The notes below the pieces were generated by a model. It worked only from the letters and a program-made list of their open reading frames with translations. It did no database searches and was not told the DNA's origin. The position numbers and the translations under genes are program-made. Below are positions 47,582 to 58,946 of a stretch of DNA of 64,000 nucleotides, one piece after another. The DNA is taken from the sequence record MN453779.2; one strand, written 5' to 3'. Positions within the stretch are counted from its first letter, which is position 1, and each line of letters begins with the position of its first letter.

Positions 47582-50500
47582 TGCAAGAACATCCAGTAAA
47601 CTTTGACGAACTTAGCGGGCTAGAGGGTTTGTTATACTCTCAGTTCGTTAAACTACATGGTACACGAGAACGTGCTAATGATGTAGTGAATCCACGATAT
47701 CAAGTAGTCGGTGATATCATGTTACCTCGTAACAGTCTCATTCATTACCAGGGAAATATTCCTGGTGAATTGGGACCTAGTAACACCGCTGCTTTTATTA
47801 GTAACTATGACAAACGTATTAACATCTTTTTTAATGTTAAGTACGAAACACCTTTGGGAACAACTAAGATTGTTCCTATTCAGTTGACTAAGTTGATCAA
47901 GCAATATGAGGGTGGACATTACCTTTATACCCGTGCTCGTCAATACCAAACTGTAATTCACAAAGAAGGTGAATTACTGGTCAACAACTTAGCCATTGGT
48001 AAGATCCCTGTTCAGTATCGCAGACAAACTGTATTTACCCCATTCCAACGTTCCTATAATGAACTTTACACATTAATGGAGTCAGTGAATGAGTTTAGTC
48101 AATACGATATTCATCAGTTTGTAGAGTTTAAACTTCCACGTTCTTTCCCTTCTTATAAAACGTTAGAACTTAAATTTGAAAAGTATAAACGTTTCTTTAA
48201 TAGTGAAGGTGTTATTGAGAAATACGAGAAGGAAGCTCTAAAAGAATTCCAGGCCGAAGAGTCTTTCTGGCTATTAGATCTATTTGGTATTCTGATTGGT
48301 TTTGAGAATAAACAATACAGTTTGTTTAATCGATTGAATGACCGAGCTAGAAGTCAACTAGAATTGATCTTTAGTTATAACGGTGTGTGTTGGATTGCTA
48401 ATCTTCAAACACTGATCAATTTGATTGGGTACGATGATAAACCAGAAGACACTTCTCCCCGTCCTATTAAGTTTAACTACTTCAAGCGTTTCTACCTTGC
48501 TTTGATTTCTCTGGTGAGTCCGCTTTCTGAAGAAGTTGTGGAAGATAGCTATGACCAACCAGAAGAAACCGCCAAAGAAGAGGTGGTGGCAGATCGATCG
48601 GAAAAAGGAGAGAGAGGATCTGGACGAGAGTCTGAAAACAAGTCCCCTCTGGTACCTAGCACTACTCCTGGCGGCTTGGCTGATCTTTATGCCAGCAGTA
48701 AGGGAACTACTCCTGCGGTGTCTGATACCCCAGGAGCAAAAGGAGAGAAGACTACTGAAGGAACACTTCCTGGGGATTCCGAATCCGAGAATGACCCAGC
48801 ATCAGCTGAAAACTCTGGTAATTCCCCGGAAGAAGAATGGGGTGCGGACATAGACGATAGTGTCTTTGAACGCGCCAGCATCGAACAAGCCACCATAGTT
48901 AACTCTGAAGAAGCTTATTCGCCAGTTAGCACGATCAATCGCATTCTGGAACGTAAGGCAGCCAGGGGACAATTAACAACCAAAGAGAAAGAGTATTACA
49001 CTAACGCAAGTGTTTCTTATTTGGACATTGAGTTTGGTGGTAGACTTCTAGCTGAGATTGTTGATATCAAACCTGAAGACTTGGTGATGAAACCTAAAGC
49101 GTTTGCACCTAAGTCGGAAGCTGTTACAGATGAGTCTGTATTGCGTTCTAGAAGCATGGAACTCACTAATGGATATGTAGAACAATTCCTTGAACGAGAT
49201 ATCATGGGAGCGGTTCTTGCTGTTCAGAACGGCGGCACTGCTTTACTGGATCTAAACCGTGAAACTATTATCACTGCTGATTCCAAGTACGACGTTTACA
49301 AAATGAAACTTCAGCCTGTGGATAACGGCAATCAGTCTACTAGACAGTTCCGTTTACCTAAGGTAGCATCTGACGGTAGTTTTACTATCAACGGGGTTAA
49401 ATCTTACGCTCAGTTGGTCCGTATGGATCTTCCGGTTAGAAAGATCAATCCGGTTAAGGTAGCCATTAGTTCTTATTACGATAAGAAACTGATGATTGAA
49501 CGTTCTGCTTATAAAGTAGACGATTACAATCATTGGCTTAAGACTAATATCATCCAGAAGAGTTATGAAGATAAATCCATTACAGTTAAATTAGGTTCAT
49601 TCAAATCTGAGCTTAAAGAAGTGTGCTGGTATTACTCGGTATTAGCTTCTCGCTTTAAAGAGATTACTGTTGGTGGTTTGGAATTTAACTTTGATACTGA
49701 ATCTATTTTGGTGAAACACCCTAAATGGAAAAAGTATTGTAAAGGTGAAAGCTGGGTCATTGGTGATGAACACGGAGTTCCTGTACTAATCGATAACAGC
49801 GGTTTGGTAATGATCGATGGTGTAGAGAAAGGTTATATCGAAGAGATCCTTCGGTTACCTATGGCTAAAGCTCCAGTCCCTACTGCAACTGCGAACATTA
49901 ACGGATATAAATTCCCTGTAGTGGTGGTTCTTGCTTACTGGATCGGTTTTAGCGAACTAGTGAAACGCCTCAAACCCACTCATCGCGTTGTTGAACCAGG
50001 TACTCGCCCTATGCTTAATGCTAATGAGTATATTGTTCAGTTTGCTGATGAGCGTTTGATTCTTGACCGTCGAGATGGATTGAGTACTTTGATCTTCTCA
50101 GGACTGAGAAAGCTAGATGGTTTAGCAAACTTCTCCAAGGCTCAATTGGATGATCCTAACGTATGGTTCAGCTTGATTAATGATAGTCGTGTTAAACCAT
50201 CTCATTTTAAAGAGATGGATTTGATTTACGATATGTTTATTGATCCCATCACTGCTCGTGAATTGGAACGTCGTGGTTATCCTCTCATTATGGATAAACT
50301 AATCATCCGGGCCGTAGAAATGCTTCTTAACAACGAAGCAGAACACGAAGTAGAGATTGCTGAACAACGTTTGGTTGGTTTCGAGAGATTCCCTGGTCAC
50401 GTCTATCGTGAACTTGTTAAGTCTACCAGGCAGTTTAGGAACAAACCTAATACTGGTAAGAAGACCTTTGACTTAAACCCAGAAGCTATCATGATGAATA

Positions 50501-52339
50501 TCCTGACTGATAGCAGTATGCAACCAGTTGAAGAAGTCAATCCAGTCCATCAACTGAAACAGCAAGAAGAAGTTACGTTTGGCGGGACCTTTGGTCGAAG
50601 TGATCAAGCAATGGTACGTCGCACACGTGGTCAATTACCAAGTTACGCAGGGATCATCTCTGAAGCTGGTAAGGACTCAGGTAAAGTAGGATTTATCTCT
50701 TATCTAACTTCTGATGCCAAGATTGTTGACTATGCTGGTAACGTGGATGTGACCCAAGAAACCACCAATGCAGGTCGTGGTTCTGTAACGGCTAACTTAC
50801 TTTATGGTACAACACGCGATGACAGTAAAAGGTAAACACAGCGTCGACGACTTCGACGTTACTGCCCTTACACTTAGAAATGAGTGTTTGCATTAACCCT
50901 TAATTGCTGGGAAGTACTCAAAGATGCTCTTACCGAAACGGAAACCGAAAGGTTATATGGAAAGGTTTGAAAAGTAGAGCGGAGAGACAGTCAGCAGCGG
51001 AGCGTCTAAGTATATTCGTGATGAATAGATATGACGAGCGTTCAACGACTAGGGGTGAAACTCCCCGTAGCTGGAACAAGGAATGTTCCTACCAAACAGG
51101 GTTACCTTACTGTGTTGCTGAAGAAGCAACTAGACAGTTGGTTGAAATATAGTCTGCTCCTTATAGTGATATAGGGCGGGTGCTAGGTATCGCACCGGGT
51201 CTTAGGATAAGACTGGACATAAGGCGTTGTTCTCAGGTGTTCAGCTAAGTCAATGGATGGCTACTGATAGTTACGTTGCTAACCCTATTAGAACTCCTTC
51301 TGATAGCGTAGTAGCTTATCGTAACTCAGAACTCTATTGTTCTTATGCTAAAGAAGTGGGAACTATTACTGCTATCACTCCTGACGGGATGACTGTTAAG
51401 TATGATAATGGTAGTGAAGAGAAATTCCCACTTGGCTATGAAGTAGGTAAAGGTGCTGGTGAGTATCACAAACATCTTAAAATCACCGATATGAAAGTTG
51501 GTGACAAAGTTGAGAAAGGTGATGTACTTGCTTGGGATGATTGCTTCTACACTCGGGATTTAACCAATCCAAAACGGATTGTTATTAAGCTTGGGACAAT
51601 GGCTCGTATTGCATTGGTAGAAGATCAATTTACCTTTGAGGATTCCATTGGGATTACTCAGAAGTACGCAGATCTTAATACCACGCCATATCTCAAAAAC
51701 AATGAGTTTAGAATAGGTTATGAACAAGCCATTAAACTCTATGTCAAAGTTGGGGATAAGGTAGAATACGATCAAATATTAGCTGATGTGATGGATCCTT
51801 CTTCTGCCATGTTTGAAGAGGAAAGTGTTAATTCCATTGCTGGTTTGGATCGTCTTGGTATTAAACAGATCAAAGCTAAACAAGCTGGTATAATCACTAA
51901 GATCGATGTTATCTATAACGGTGACTTAGATACGGCAGAAGAGTCTTTGAAAACATTCATTCAGGAACAAGATAAGCTACGTGCTAAGAAAGCTAAGTTC
52001 AGAGAACTTGCTGCTACTAATGGGAACGTTGGTGGTAACACATCAGTAGGTAAGTCAAAGGTCTATCCCAATACAGCAGCAGTAACTATTACCATCGAGA
52101 GTAAACTCACCACCACAACTGCTGATAAGTTTGTAGCGGGTAACCAGATGAAAGGTACAGTAGGGTTTATTTACCCAGATCCTATTTATACTGTTGATGG
52201 TCGGGAAGTTGATGTTAAGTTCTCTTTGAAGTCTTTGCTTAACCGAATGGTATTAAGTCTTCGTGATAAACTGGTAGCTAATGAGTTGAACCATGTTTAC
52301 ACTAGTCGTATGATGAAAAAATATGGGAGATATGAATAA
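47581..52339 (+). CDS. rpoB: Virion RNA polymerase beta subunit, large piece (phiKZ gp178-like); spliced join(47581..50833,51225..52339), 1455 aa
   Basis: FTINGVK, NPV, RTRGQLPSYAGII, DSGKVG, RDDSKR|SLFSGVQ, FTFEDSI, DKFVAGNQMKG. Confidence 0.9.
50834..51224 (+). mobile_element. Group IA intron (391 nt, no ORF) in the RNAP beta gene
   Basis: P AATTGCTGGGAA 50902, Q CAGTCAGCAG 50988, R GTTCAACGACTAG 51040, S AAATATAGTC 51145; P3 AACCCT/AGGGTT; U|...G| junction restores the frame. Confidence 0.92.
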
Positions 52340-53209
52340 ATGACTAACACTAACAAAGAGGTGTTTGGGTTAAAAACCATCCAATCACTTTTTCGGGAAG
52401 TTGGCCTCTATGGAGGGCGCATCGACGCCCTCTTTGGGACTGGTTGTGTAAACGCTATGCATAGTCTCGTTAAACACGCTAATCCGAACTACAACCCGAT
52501 TGTAGCTGTTCCTACTTACTTGGCTAGTGATGTATTTAAGTGGGTTCAAGAATACCTTGTACGAGCTGGTAAGGTGCCTGCTGAGTTTAAGGTAGATGGA
52601 AAGTGGGGACCTGCTAGTAAAGGTGAATTAGAGAAGCTTTGTAACATCTACGCTCAGGATAATAACCTACCCCAATACAGCTATGCGTGGACAGCTCACA
52701 AGAATCTAACTCCTGAAGTAATTAAGAAAGTTGAAGACTGGATGGTTAAATGGGGTAAACCTCTTGATCATGTAAGTTACTTGTTTAGTTGTTTTGCTTT
52801 GGAGACAGGAAGGACTTTTGATCCAGCGGCTTTGAACAAACATAGTAAAGCTCGGGGTCTCATTCAGTTTATGCCAAATGGTTCCATGAAGGATTTAGGT
52901 GTAACTGATAGTCAACTTAAAGTGATGACTGTATTTGAACAACTTGACTGGGTTTTCAAATACTTTGAAAAGTACAGCTATATCAAGAAGTGTAACTATC
53001 TTGAAGATTATTACCTCTCTATTTTCTACCCAGCTCATGTCGGTAAAGATCCCAACTTGGTAGTTGGGACCAAGGGAACTAAACTCTACGAGCAAAACTC
53101 TGGGTTTGATGCTGAGAAGAAAGGTTTCTACACCGTTGGTGATATTGCTTCAGCGATTACTACTTTCTATTGGGAAGGTATGGATCCAAAACTTCGTCTT
53201 GCTAAATAA
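52340..53209 (+). CDS. Modular endolysin: peptidoglycan-binding N-terminus plus lysozyme/SLT-like domain
   Basis: IDALFG and VDGKWGPAS PG-binding motifs; ETGRTFDP...ARGLIQFMP. Confidence 0.85.
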   Translation: MTNTNKEVFGLKTIQSLFREVGLYGGRIDALFGTGCVNAMHSLVKHANPNYNPIVAVPTYLASDVFKWVQEYLVRAGKVPAEFKVDGKWGPASKGELEKLCNIYAQDNNLPQYSYAWTAHKNLTPEVIKKVEDWMVKWGKPLDHVSYLFSCFALETGRTFDPAALNKHSKARGLIQFMPNGSMKDLGVTDSQLKVMTVFEQLDWVFKYFEKYSYIKKCNYLEDYYLSIFYPAHVGKDPNLVVGTKGTKLYEQNSGFDAEKKGFYTVGDIASAITTFYWEGMDPKLRLAK

Positions 53210-53218
53210 GGTATTCTC

Positions 53219-53383
53219 ATGGAAAACACTGTCGACAACATCATTACGTTGTCTAATATGTACGAGGTCGTTTCACAGACCTTGAAGAAAGTAGGTTACG
53301 AGTTCCAAGCTCCCTTGAGCGAAGTTGAGGAACAAGAAGTAATCTCCCGTCAAATTAAATCTGCTGTAGTGGGAGAAGAATAA
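53219..53383 (+). CDS. Small protein (54 aa), not in track
   Basis: MENTVDNIITLSNMYEVV...VGEE; AAGG SD; stop overlaps the next ATG. Confidence 0.65.
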   Translation: MENTVDNIITLSNMYEVVSQTLKKVGYEFQAPLSEVEEQEVISRQIKSAVVGEE

Positions 53384-54903
53384 TGATTCCTCAAAGCACT
53401 ATTCTAGTTGTTACTCCTATTGCAATGGAAGTGGACCAGAAAGGCACTGTATTGTCAGAAGGTAGTTCTGATATCATCAAAGGTCTGAATGACACTACTG
53501 CTTCTTTGGGCGGGTTCACTCCTGACAACATCGCAACTGAACTTCCTGATTATACCAAGCTGGTTCCTGAACATACCGAAGTAATGGATATGGTTTCTAC
53601 TAAACTGGCAGAAATCATTCGTAGTTCTCTGTACGTAATCAGTAAATATGTTAAACCTATTTTGAAGGAAGCGGATCACGAAATTGCTCGCAATCTGAAT
53701 GTTCAGAATGTAGTCGATCTCTCCTTTGACTATCTGAATGTCAAAATGGTTAACATGGAACCGGATTTCCTTAACTCCCCGTTCTGCCCAACTGAACTTC
53801 CTAATACCTTGAAGGAAACTTCTAAAGTAGCACTTAATGAACTACTTAAAGGTAATTGGGCGGATGACAAAACTGGTGAAGAACTGATCGAACTGATCCG
53901 TGTTGATTCTGCCGTTCTTTATACTTTCTTTGAAAGTCCTGATGAAGTACTAGAAGTATATCGCCGGATCTTTGTTAACAAAGCCTGGCACGATTTCTTT
54001 AGTAGTGTCAGTATTCAGAATGGTGTTGTAGATGTCATGCACCAGGATAGTTACCATATTGGTAAATTCCGCGCTATTGTTATCGCCAACCTGTTGGTAA
54101 ATAAACTGTGCGCTATGGAAGACCCGATGGAAGGCGTAACTGGCGTTAGTCTGGTTGACTATCGCGGTTCCCTTGCAATGACTCGTGACATCCTGTCTGG
54201 TTCACTGGTACGTTTCCGTAACATCTGGTTGGGTCAAGCTGCTAGCGGCATTGTTATCGTTGATGGTGACGTTAAGTATACAGAAGCTAACTGGGGGTTG
54301 CTCAACGGCACCAAGCTTCTGACTGGTAGTGTAACTGTAGGGTACAATAACAAAGTTCTGAACTTGTTCAGCGAAGCTTCCAGCTACAGTCTCTCTGAAT
54401 ATGTACTGGGTTATCTGTACGCAAAAGAGCGTGGTTATCGTATTAAAGATATCATGACTGATGCAAATGTAATTGAAGATGCATTGCGCGAATATCAGCA
54501 AGATCTCACTACTCGTCTTTATGACAACCTTCAGAAAGTATCTAAGGAATCTTTCATTACTGCTATTAAGCGGATGGAAATGCACGAGAACTTTGAAGGT
54601 ATTGTTAACACCATGGACGAAAGCGTTCCTAAAGGTGTTCGGATTATTAGCAAACTTCAAGAAGCGATGAACCTTAACGATTTCTTCGGTAATCCGATGA
54701 TGATTAAAGATATCTGTAAGGGTAAAAGTTCTCTGCTCCAAACTGGTATCGCTAAAGAACTCTGTCTGGTATTTGGTTCAGAGATCGCAGCTGAAATCCT
54801 GTTGGAGAATGCTAAAGGTGAACCAGGTCCAGTAGAACATCAGCGTAAGGTTCTTACTGGTGCAATTATCAAAGCGATTATCAAACGGATCTATACCAAG
54901 TGA
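53383..54903 (+). CDS. Probable virion structural protein
   Basis: 506 aa in the RNAP-protease operon; phiKZ synteny. Confidence 0.6.
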   Translation: MIPQSTILVVTPIAMEVDQKGTVLSEGSSDIIKGLNDTTASLGGFTPDNIATELPDYTKLVPEHTEVMDMVSTKLAEIIRSSLYVISKYVKPILKEADHEIARNLNVQNVVDLSFDYLNVKMVNMEPDFLNSPFCPTELPNTLKETSKVALNELLKGNWADDKTGEELIELIRVDSAVLYTFFESPDEVLEVYRRIFVNKAWHDFFSSVSIQNGVVDVMHQDSYHIGKFRAIVIANLLVNKLCAMEDPMEGVTGVSLVDYRGSLAMTRDILSGSLVRFRNIWLGQAASGIVIVDGDVKYTEANWGLLNGTKLLTGSVTVGYNNKVLNLFSEASSYSLSEYVLGYLYAKERGYRIKDIMTDANVIEDALREYQQDLTTRLYDNLQKVSKESFITAIKRMEMHENFEGIVNTMDESVPKGVRIISKLQEAMNLNDFFGNPMMIKDICKGKSSLLQTGIAKELCLVFGSEIAAEILLENAKGEPGPVEHQRKVLTGAIIKAIIKRIYTK

Positions 54904-55646
54904 TCGATTTCGATAAGCTGAAGAAAGATACAGGGCGGATTAATTCCGCCCTTAAAGTCATGCCTGATAACACTGTCGTTGCTCTTAAGAAGATGACTTG
55001 TTACATTCCTAAGCGTTTCGAACAATCTGGTTTGGCAGAAATTGGTGATTCGGTAAATACAATTATGGCAGTTGGGGTAGTGGTTGATGACTACTACTCT
55101 TGCTTTGGTTCTCTGACACGGTTTAGTATGAAACCTGGCGATACTTCTGAGGAAGTTATTAAGGGTGATCGTTACTATGTCATGCATTTTGAACCAGGTG
55201 ATATTGTTATTGAAAACATCTTTGTTCCGCAGGATGCTAACCTGATCTATTATTTCTATTTGGAATTCATCAAGTATGCTCGTTATCCATGGTATATGGA
55301 TGAAAACGTACTATTGAATATCTTTGATGAAAGTTCTTATTTTGCAGGTAAGAAAGTAGGTAGTTCTGCTCAGGTACTAAGAGTGTTGTTTTCTTTAACA
55401 ATGCGCGATCCTGTCAACTTGGATATACCGTTTCGTTATTCCCCGCAGTTTAAAGATCTCTCCGTGAAACCTCGCATCATCGGCATTAACAACCCAGGTC
55501 AACTACTTAATAGCACATTTAGTAGATTGTCTTCAGGTTATATGTCGGATAACATTGTCAGTGGTATTCTTAACCCAGATACTCAGATGACAACGTTGGA
55601 AGAGGTGATCCGTGGTCTTCCTGAAGAGTATGGAGAGTTACAATGA
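54900..55646 (+). CDS. Conserved phiKZ-like protein (probable virion)
   Basis: 248 aa, GTG start overlapping the upstream stop; lies just before the protease. Confidence 0.6.
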   Translation: MIDFDKLKKDTGRINSALKVMPDNTVVALKKMTCYIPKRFEQSGLAEIGDSVNTIMAVGVVVDDYYSCFGSLTRFSMKPGDTSEEVIKGDRYYVMHFEPGDIVIENIFVPQDANLIYYFYLEFIKYARYPWYMDENVLLNIFDESSYFAGKKVGSSAQVLRVLFSLTMRDPVNLDIPFRYSPQFKDLSVKPRIIGINNPGQLLNSTFSRLSSGYMSDNIVSGILNPDTQMTTLEEVIRGLPEEYGELQ

Positions 55647-56497
55647 GTGAAATTAGTTTTGGGAATATCGTTCTGGCTAATAGTGGTAAGAAAGGTGTTC
55701 TCAAACCAAACTCAGATGGTATTTACCGTTTGAATGCTGGTGGGTTCAACATCCCCAACCATGCCGGTATTGTTTATCCTGCTAACAAATACATTCGCGA
55801 ACAGATGGAAGCTAATAGCGACCTTAACCGTCGTGTTAGTATGGGTTATTGCTTGATGGAACAAGAACATCCACAACCTTTCTTTTATGTAGAAGAGAAT
55901 GGGGTTCGATATCGTAAAGCAATGACTTCTGTACTTGAATGGATTAATCGTCTTCGTAGTTACGATCACGATAATGTCTGTGGACTTATCAGTAAGATCA
56001 TCTTCCGTCCTGAGAATCCTAACAATCTTTCTGCCCCTATTTGGAATGAGATCGATTGTAAGCCATTTGGTGCTAAAGGCGAATGGTTCCGTGAATCTCT
56101 GGAAACTCCGGAACATAACACTGCTGTAAGTATCCGTACACAGATTGATCCGTTTAAACCTGGTGAAACACGCAAGGAAGTCGTTTACTGGTCGGGTTAT
56201 GATGTAGTTTCAGAACCTGGGATGTTACACGCCAATAAACATCTCTCAGCTGGCTGTGAATCTATGTTATCTGATTTTAATCTGGGTATGGATAACGTCA
56301 TTAAGTTTAAAGCTTCTGATGTTATTGAACAGATTGACAACCAACTTGCTCTTGCTGCTAATAGTGACTTTGAACTTCAACGTGTTGGCGGGATGGAATC
56401 ACTTAACATGATGAAGGACATGGTAGAAGCTGTTAAGCGCAGTTACAAGCCTGGTGACACAACTCGTGTTGGTGTTTCCTTTGTAGACGTATTCTAA
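55643..56497 (+). CDS. Prohead (head maturation) protease (phiKZ gp175-like)
   Basis: EQEHP (His), VSIR (Ser), YDVVSEPG (Asp); C-terminal GxE self-cleavage candidates. Confidence 0.8.
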   Translation: MSEISFGNIVLANSGKKGVLKPNSDGIYRLNAGGFNIPNHAGIVYPANKYIREQMEANSDLNRRVSMGYCLMEQEHPQPFFYVEENGVRYRKAMTSVLEWINRLRSYDHDNVCGLISKIIFRPENPNNLSAPIWNEIDCKPFGAKGEWFRESLETPEHNTAVSIRTQIDPFKPGETRKEVVYWSGYDVVSEPGMLHANKHLSAGCESMLSDFNLGMDNVIKFKASDVIEQIDNQLALAANSDFELQRVGGMESLNMMKDMVEAVKRSYKPGDTTRVGVSFVDVF

Positions 56498-56501
56498 TAT
56501 G

Positions 56502-56531
56502 ACCTACTTCTCCTTAATTGGAGAAGTAGGT
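56502..56531 (+). terminator. Rho-independent terminator
   Basis: ACCTACTTCTCC-TTAATT-GGAGAAGTAGGT plus T-rich tail. Confidence 0.75.
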
Positions 56532-56605
56532 TTATTTATGTTTTTACTCTGTTTGACATTTATCGTAGAGCTATTTCGTTTAATTTATTCATCAGGAGTT
56601 TTCTA

Positions 56606-57163
56606 ATGCATTTTAATTTGGAAGTTATTCGTCGTTACACCCACGCTATTGAATTCGTAGAACAAGCCTTTACTATTGAGAATACCTTTAAGGAAATGAT
56701 TCCTACTTGGGAGAAACTTCTTTCCGAGGATGGAAGTTCTATTATTGTTCGTGAAACTCTAACGCGTTCTAAAGCTCAGTTGGTACAACTGTATGCTCGT
56801 GATCTAATGAAGTATGTTAACTCTATTATCGGGTTGACTCTGTTCCCTATTACTCAAGAAGATATCAAAGTAGGTAACTGGCGAGTAGATTCCATTATTC
56901 TCCAGATCGCTAGTAATGATATTAAAGATCATCGTCATCTGTTTGATTTGATGATGACTAACTTGTATGGTGTTCCTACTGTAATGTTTGAGTTTAGTAA
57001 GGAAAAGAGTTCTACTATTCTTGCCAAGTATCTAGAGGGCACTTTCCAAGGTATTAAACTTCAATATGATGAAACCAGAGAAGTTTCTTTGGTGGGTTTG
57101 GAAGACAAACTGGTTAGTTATCTGAACTCTAAAGAAGTTGAAACAGTTATCGCTTTGAACTAA
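56606..57163 (+). CDS. Hypothetical protein
   Basis: 185 aa, AGGAG SD. Confidence 0.75.
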   Translation: MHFNLEVIRRYTHAIEFVEQAFTIENTFKEMIPTWEKLLSEDGSSIIVRETLTRSKAQLVQLYARDLMKYVNSIIGLTLFPITQEDIKVGNWRVDSIILQIASNDIKDHRHLFDLMMTNLYGVPTVMFEFSKEKSSTILAKYLEGTFQGIKLQYDETREVSLVGLEDKLVSYLNSKEVETVIALN

Positions 57164-57174
57164 ATGATTTTACT

Positions 57175-57210
57175 AACAGAAGAGGAGTCATTCCTTCTTC
57201 TGTTATTTTT
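57175..57210 (+). terminator. Rho-independent terminator
   Basis: AACAGAAGA...TCTTCTGTT imperfect stem plus T-tract. Confidence 0.6.
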
Positions 57211-57216
57211 ATAGTT

Positions 57217-57249
57217 CTATAATTTTTCAAACCGATATAATTATGGTGA
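57217..57249 (+). promoter_or_regulatory. Early promoter (CTATA subtype)
   Basis: CTATAATTTTTCAAACCGATATAATTATGGTG. Confidence 0.65.
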
Positions 57250-57313
57250 AGCGATTACGCTGGGAGACGAAACAGTCGTTCTCTCATTTCTTATTTGTTT
57301 AAGGGTGTCTTAA

Positions 57314-58219
57314 GTGAAACTAAGTTATCAAGATTTCTTTCTAAGTTATAATCCTAATTTAATCGGTCGTTTATTTTGTAATAAAATGTCTGGTGATAAT
57401 GAACATCGGATTGTTGTTTACAAAATGGATAGATGGTATAGTCATCAATCTATAGAGTTATCAGAAGCTTTCTTAAAGGCTGTTAAAAAGCTTTCTAAAG
57501 GAAAGATGGGTGAACGTACTAGTATTCCTGTGAAATCGCTTACAATCGTTCGTGGTGAGTCTGGACGAATGTTTGTAACTAGGGGTGAAACAATCTCTAT
57601 TTGTTTAGTAGATTATGTCTCTGGGGAACTAGTTGAAGAGAATGAACTTAGGCTAAAGGAAAGTTATGACTTTTTAATTAAGGTAATAACACTTATTCTC
57701 AAATGGGGTAAAGAGAGTAAACCTGGCAGTAAACCAAAGCTTAAATTCCCAGTTCATCCATCTGCTGATAAAGTAAATACCAAAAGTTATTTTATCGACT
57801 ATCCCAATAGTGAAACCCCTAGTGTGTTTAGTTGGTTTGAACTTCCAAATGCAGGGGGATTTAATATCAACATAGAAGGTAGTCAATACAGTAGTTTTGT
57901 AACTAATAAGAATGGAGAAGTCCAGGGCCATTTGTCAGATTTAATTGAAGGACTTGAACTAATACAAAAGAACAGTCAAGTTTACCAAATGGTTAAATTG
58001 AGTAAATCTAATCCTAGTCATTATGTAACGTCATCACCTGGTGAGCATAAAGGTAAGGACGGCAAACGTATTCCAATAGTAGTAATTAACTTTGACAATA
58101 GTAAGTCTTTAAACAAAGTGTTATTTGCAGGTTATCCTGAAACACTTAAAGATTTGATTGTTAAGTTAAAAGAAGCTAATAAAGGCTTAACCAAACACTT
58201 TAATAAGGAAATAGAATAA
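57314..58219 (+). CDS. Hypothetical protein
   Basis: 301 aa, GTG start. Confidence 0.7.
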   Translation: MKLSYQDFFLSYNPNLIGRLFCNKMSGDNEHRIVVYKMDRWYSHQSIELSEAFLKAVKKLSKGKMGERTSIPVKSLTIVRGESGRMFVTRGETISICLVDYVSGELVEENELRLKESYDFLIKVITLILKWGKESKPGSKPKLKFPVHPSADKVNTKSYFIDYPNSETPSVFSWFELPNAGGFNINIEGSQYSSFVTNKNGEVQGHLSDLIEGLELIQKNSQVYQMVKLSKSNPSHYVTSSPGEHKGKDGKRIPIVVINFDNSKSLNKVLFAGYPETLKDLIVKLKEANKGLTKHFNKEIE

Positions 58220-58935
58220 TGAATACCACAACAACACCAAATATCTTTGATCCAGAAATGATGCTGAAAGCCGTTAAGGACGACTCTATATCAGTACCTG
58301 GGTTTATTACCGTGAATAACAACGGAAGTTTTACAATACCAGTTTCTGAAAAGGAGCATTTTAAATTAGCGTACCTTAAATGGTGTCAAATGTTCTATAT
58401 TCAAACTAGTAAGCGCAAGACTTATATTGTTCTAGATGATGAGGCCAAGAACATTATTCTTGCTTTGTACAAAAATGATATAGAACTTTTGGAAAAAGCT
58501 GAATCAGTTAAACACGAAAATATCTTCTCTGAGCAAATGGTGGCGCAACTCTGTTTTGTTTTGTTGACTATGCGGATTGACTTAACTACCGATTTAGTTA
58601 AGTTCGGCGACTTCAATCTAATTGGTAGCGGTGATAAAGTTGAATACATAATTGAAATGAAATTGCGAGGGTTTAATTTCATCACCTTTAAGTTTACCGC
58701 TGGTCGCATAGATGTTAGTACAGATTCAGTAAGTTCTAAGCAACCTACCCCGCCCACGCTGCATATGTCCATTATTACTATACTTGATATGTGGAAAATG
58801 GTTGGGGAAGACCTAACCATTCTATCAACTACCAAGCTGGTGGATGGCGTTCTAGATCAAGTTGCACACCAGTATTTGTTACGAGCATTGCCTGTTAGAG
58901 TTAAACTTATTGTAGAGACAGAATTTATCAGTTAA
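58219..58935 (+). CDS. Hypothetical protein
   Basis: 238 aa, TAATG coupling. Confidence 0.7.
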   Translation: MNTTTTPNIFDPEMMLKAVKDDSISVPGFITVNNNGSFTIPVSEKEHFKLAYLKWCQMFYIQTSKRKTYIVLDDEAKNIILALYKNDIELLEKAESVKHENIFSEQMVAQLCFVLLTMRIDLTTDLVKFGDFNLIGSGDKVEYIIEMKLRGFNFITFKFTAGRIDVSTDSVSSKQPTPPTLHMSIITILDMWKMVGEDLTILSTTKLVDGVLDQVAHQYLLRALPVRVKLIVETEFIS

Positions 58936-58946
58936 AATTAGTGGTT

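Noticed and set aside
50904-51152. 82-aa track ORF inside intron 2 as an intron-encoded endonuclease
   Set aside because: No HNH, GIY-YIG or LAGLIDADG motif; it runs across the conserved ribozyme core, so it is incidental
51227-52339. Independent TTG-start gene
   Set aside because: It is exon 2 of RNAP beta; no SD, and it lies directly after the intron terminal G
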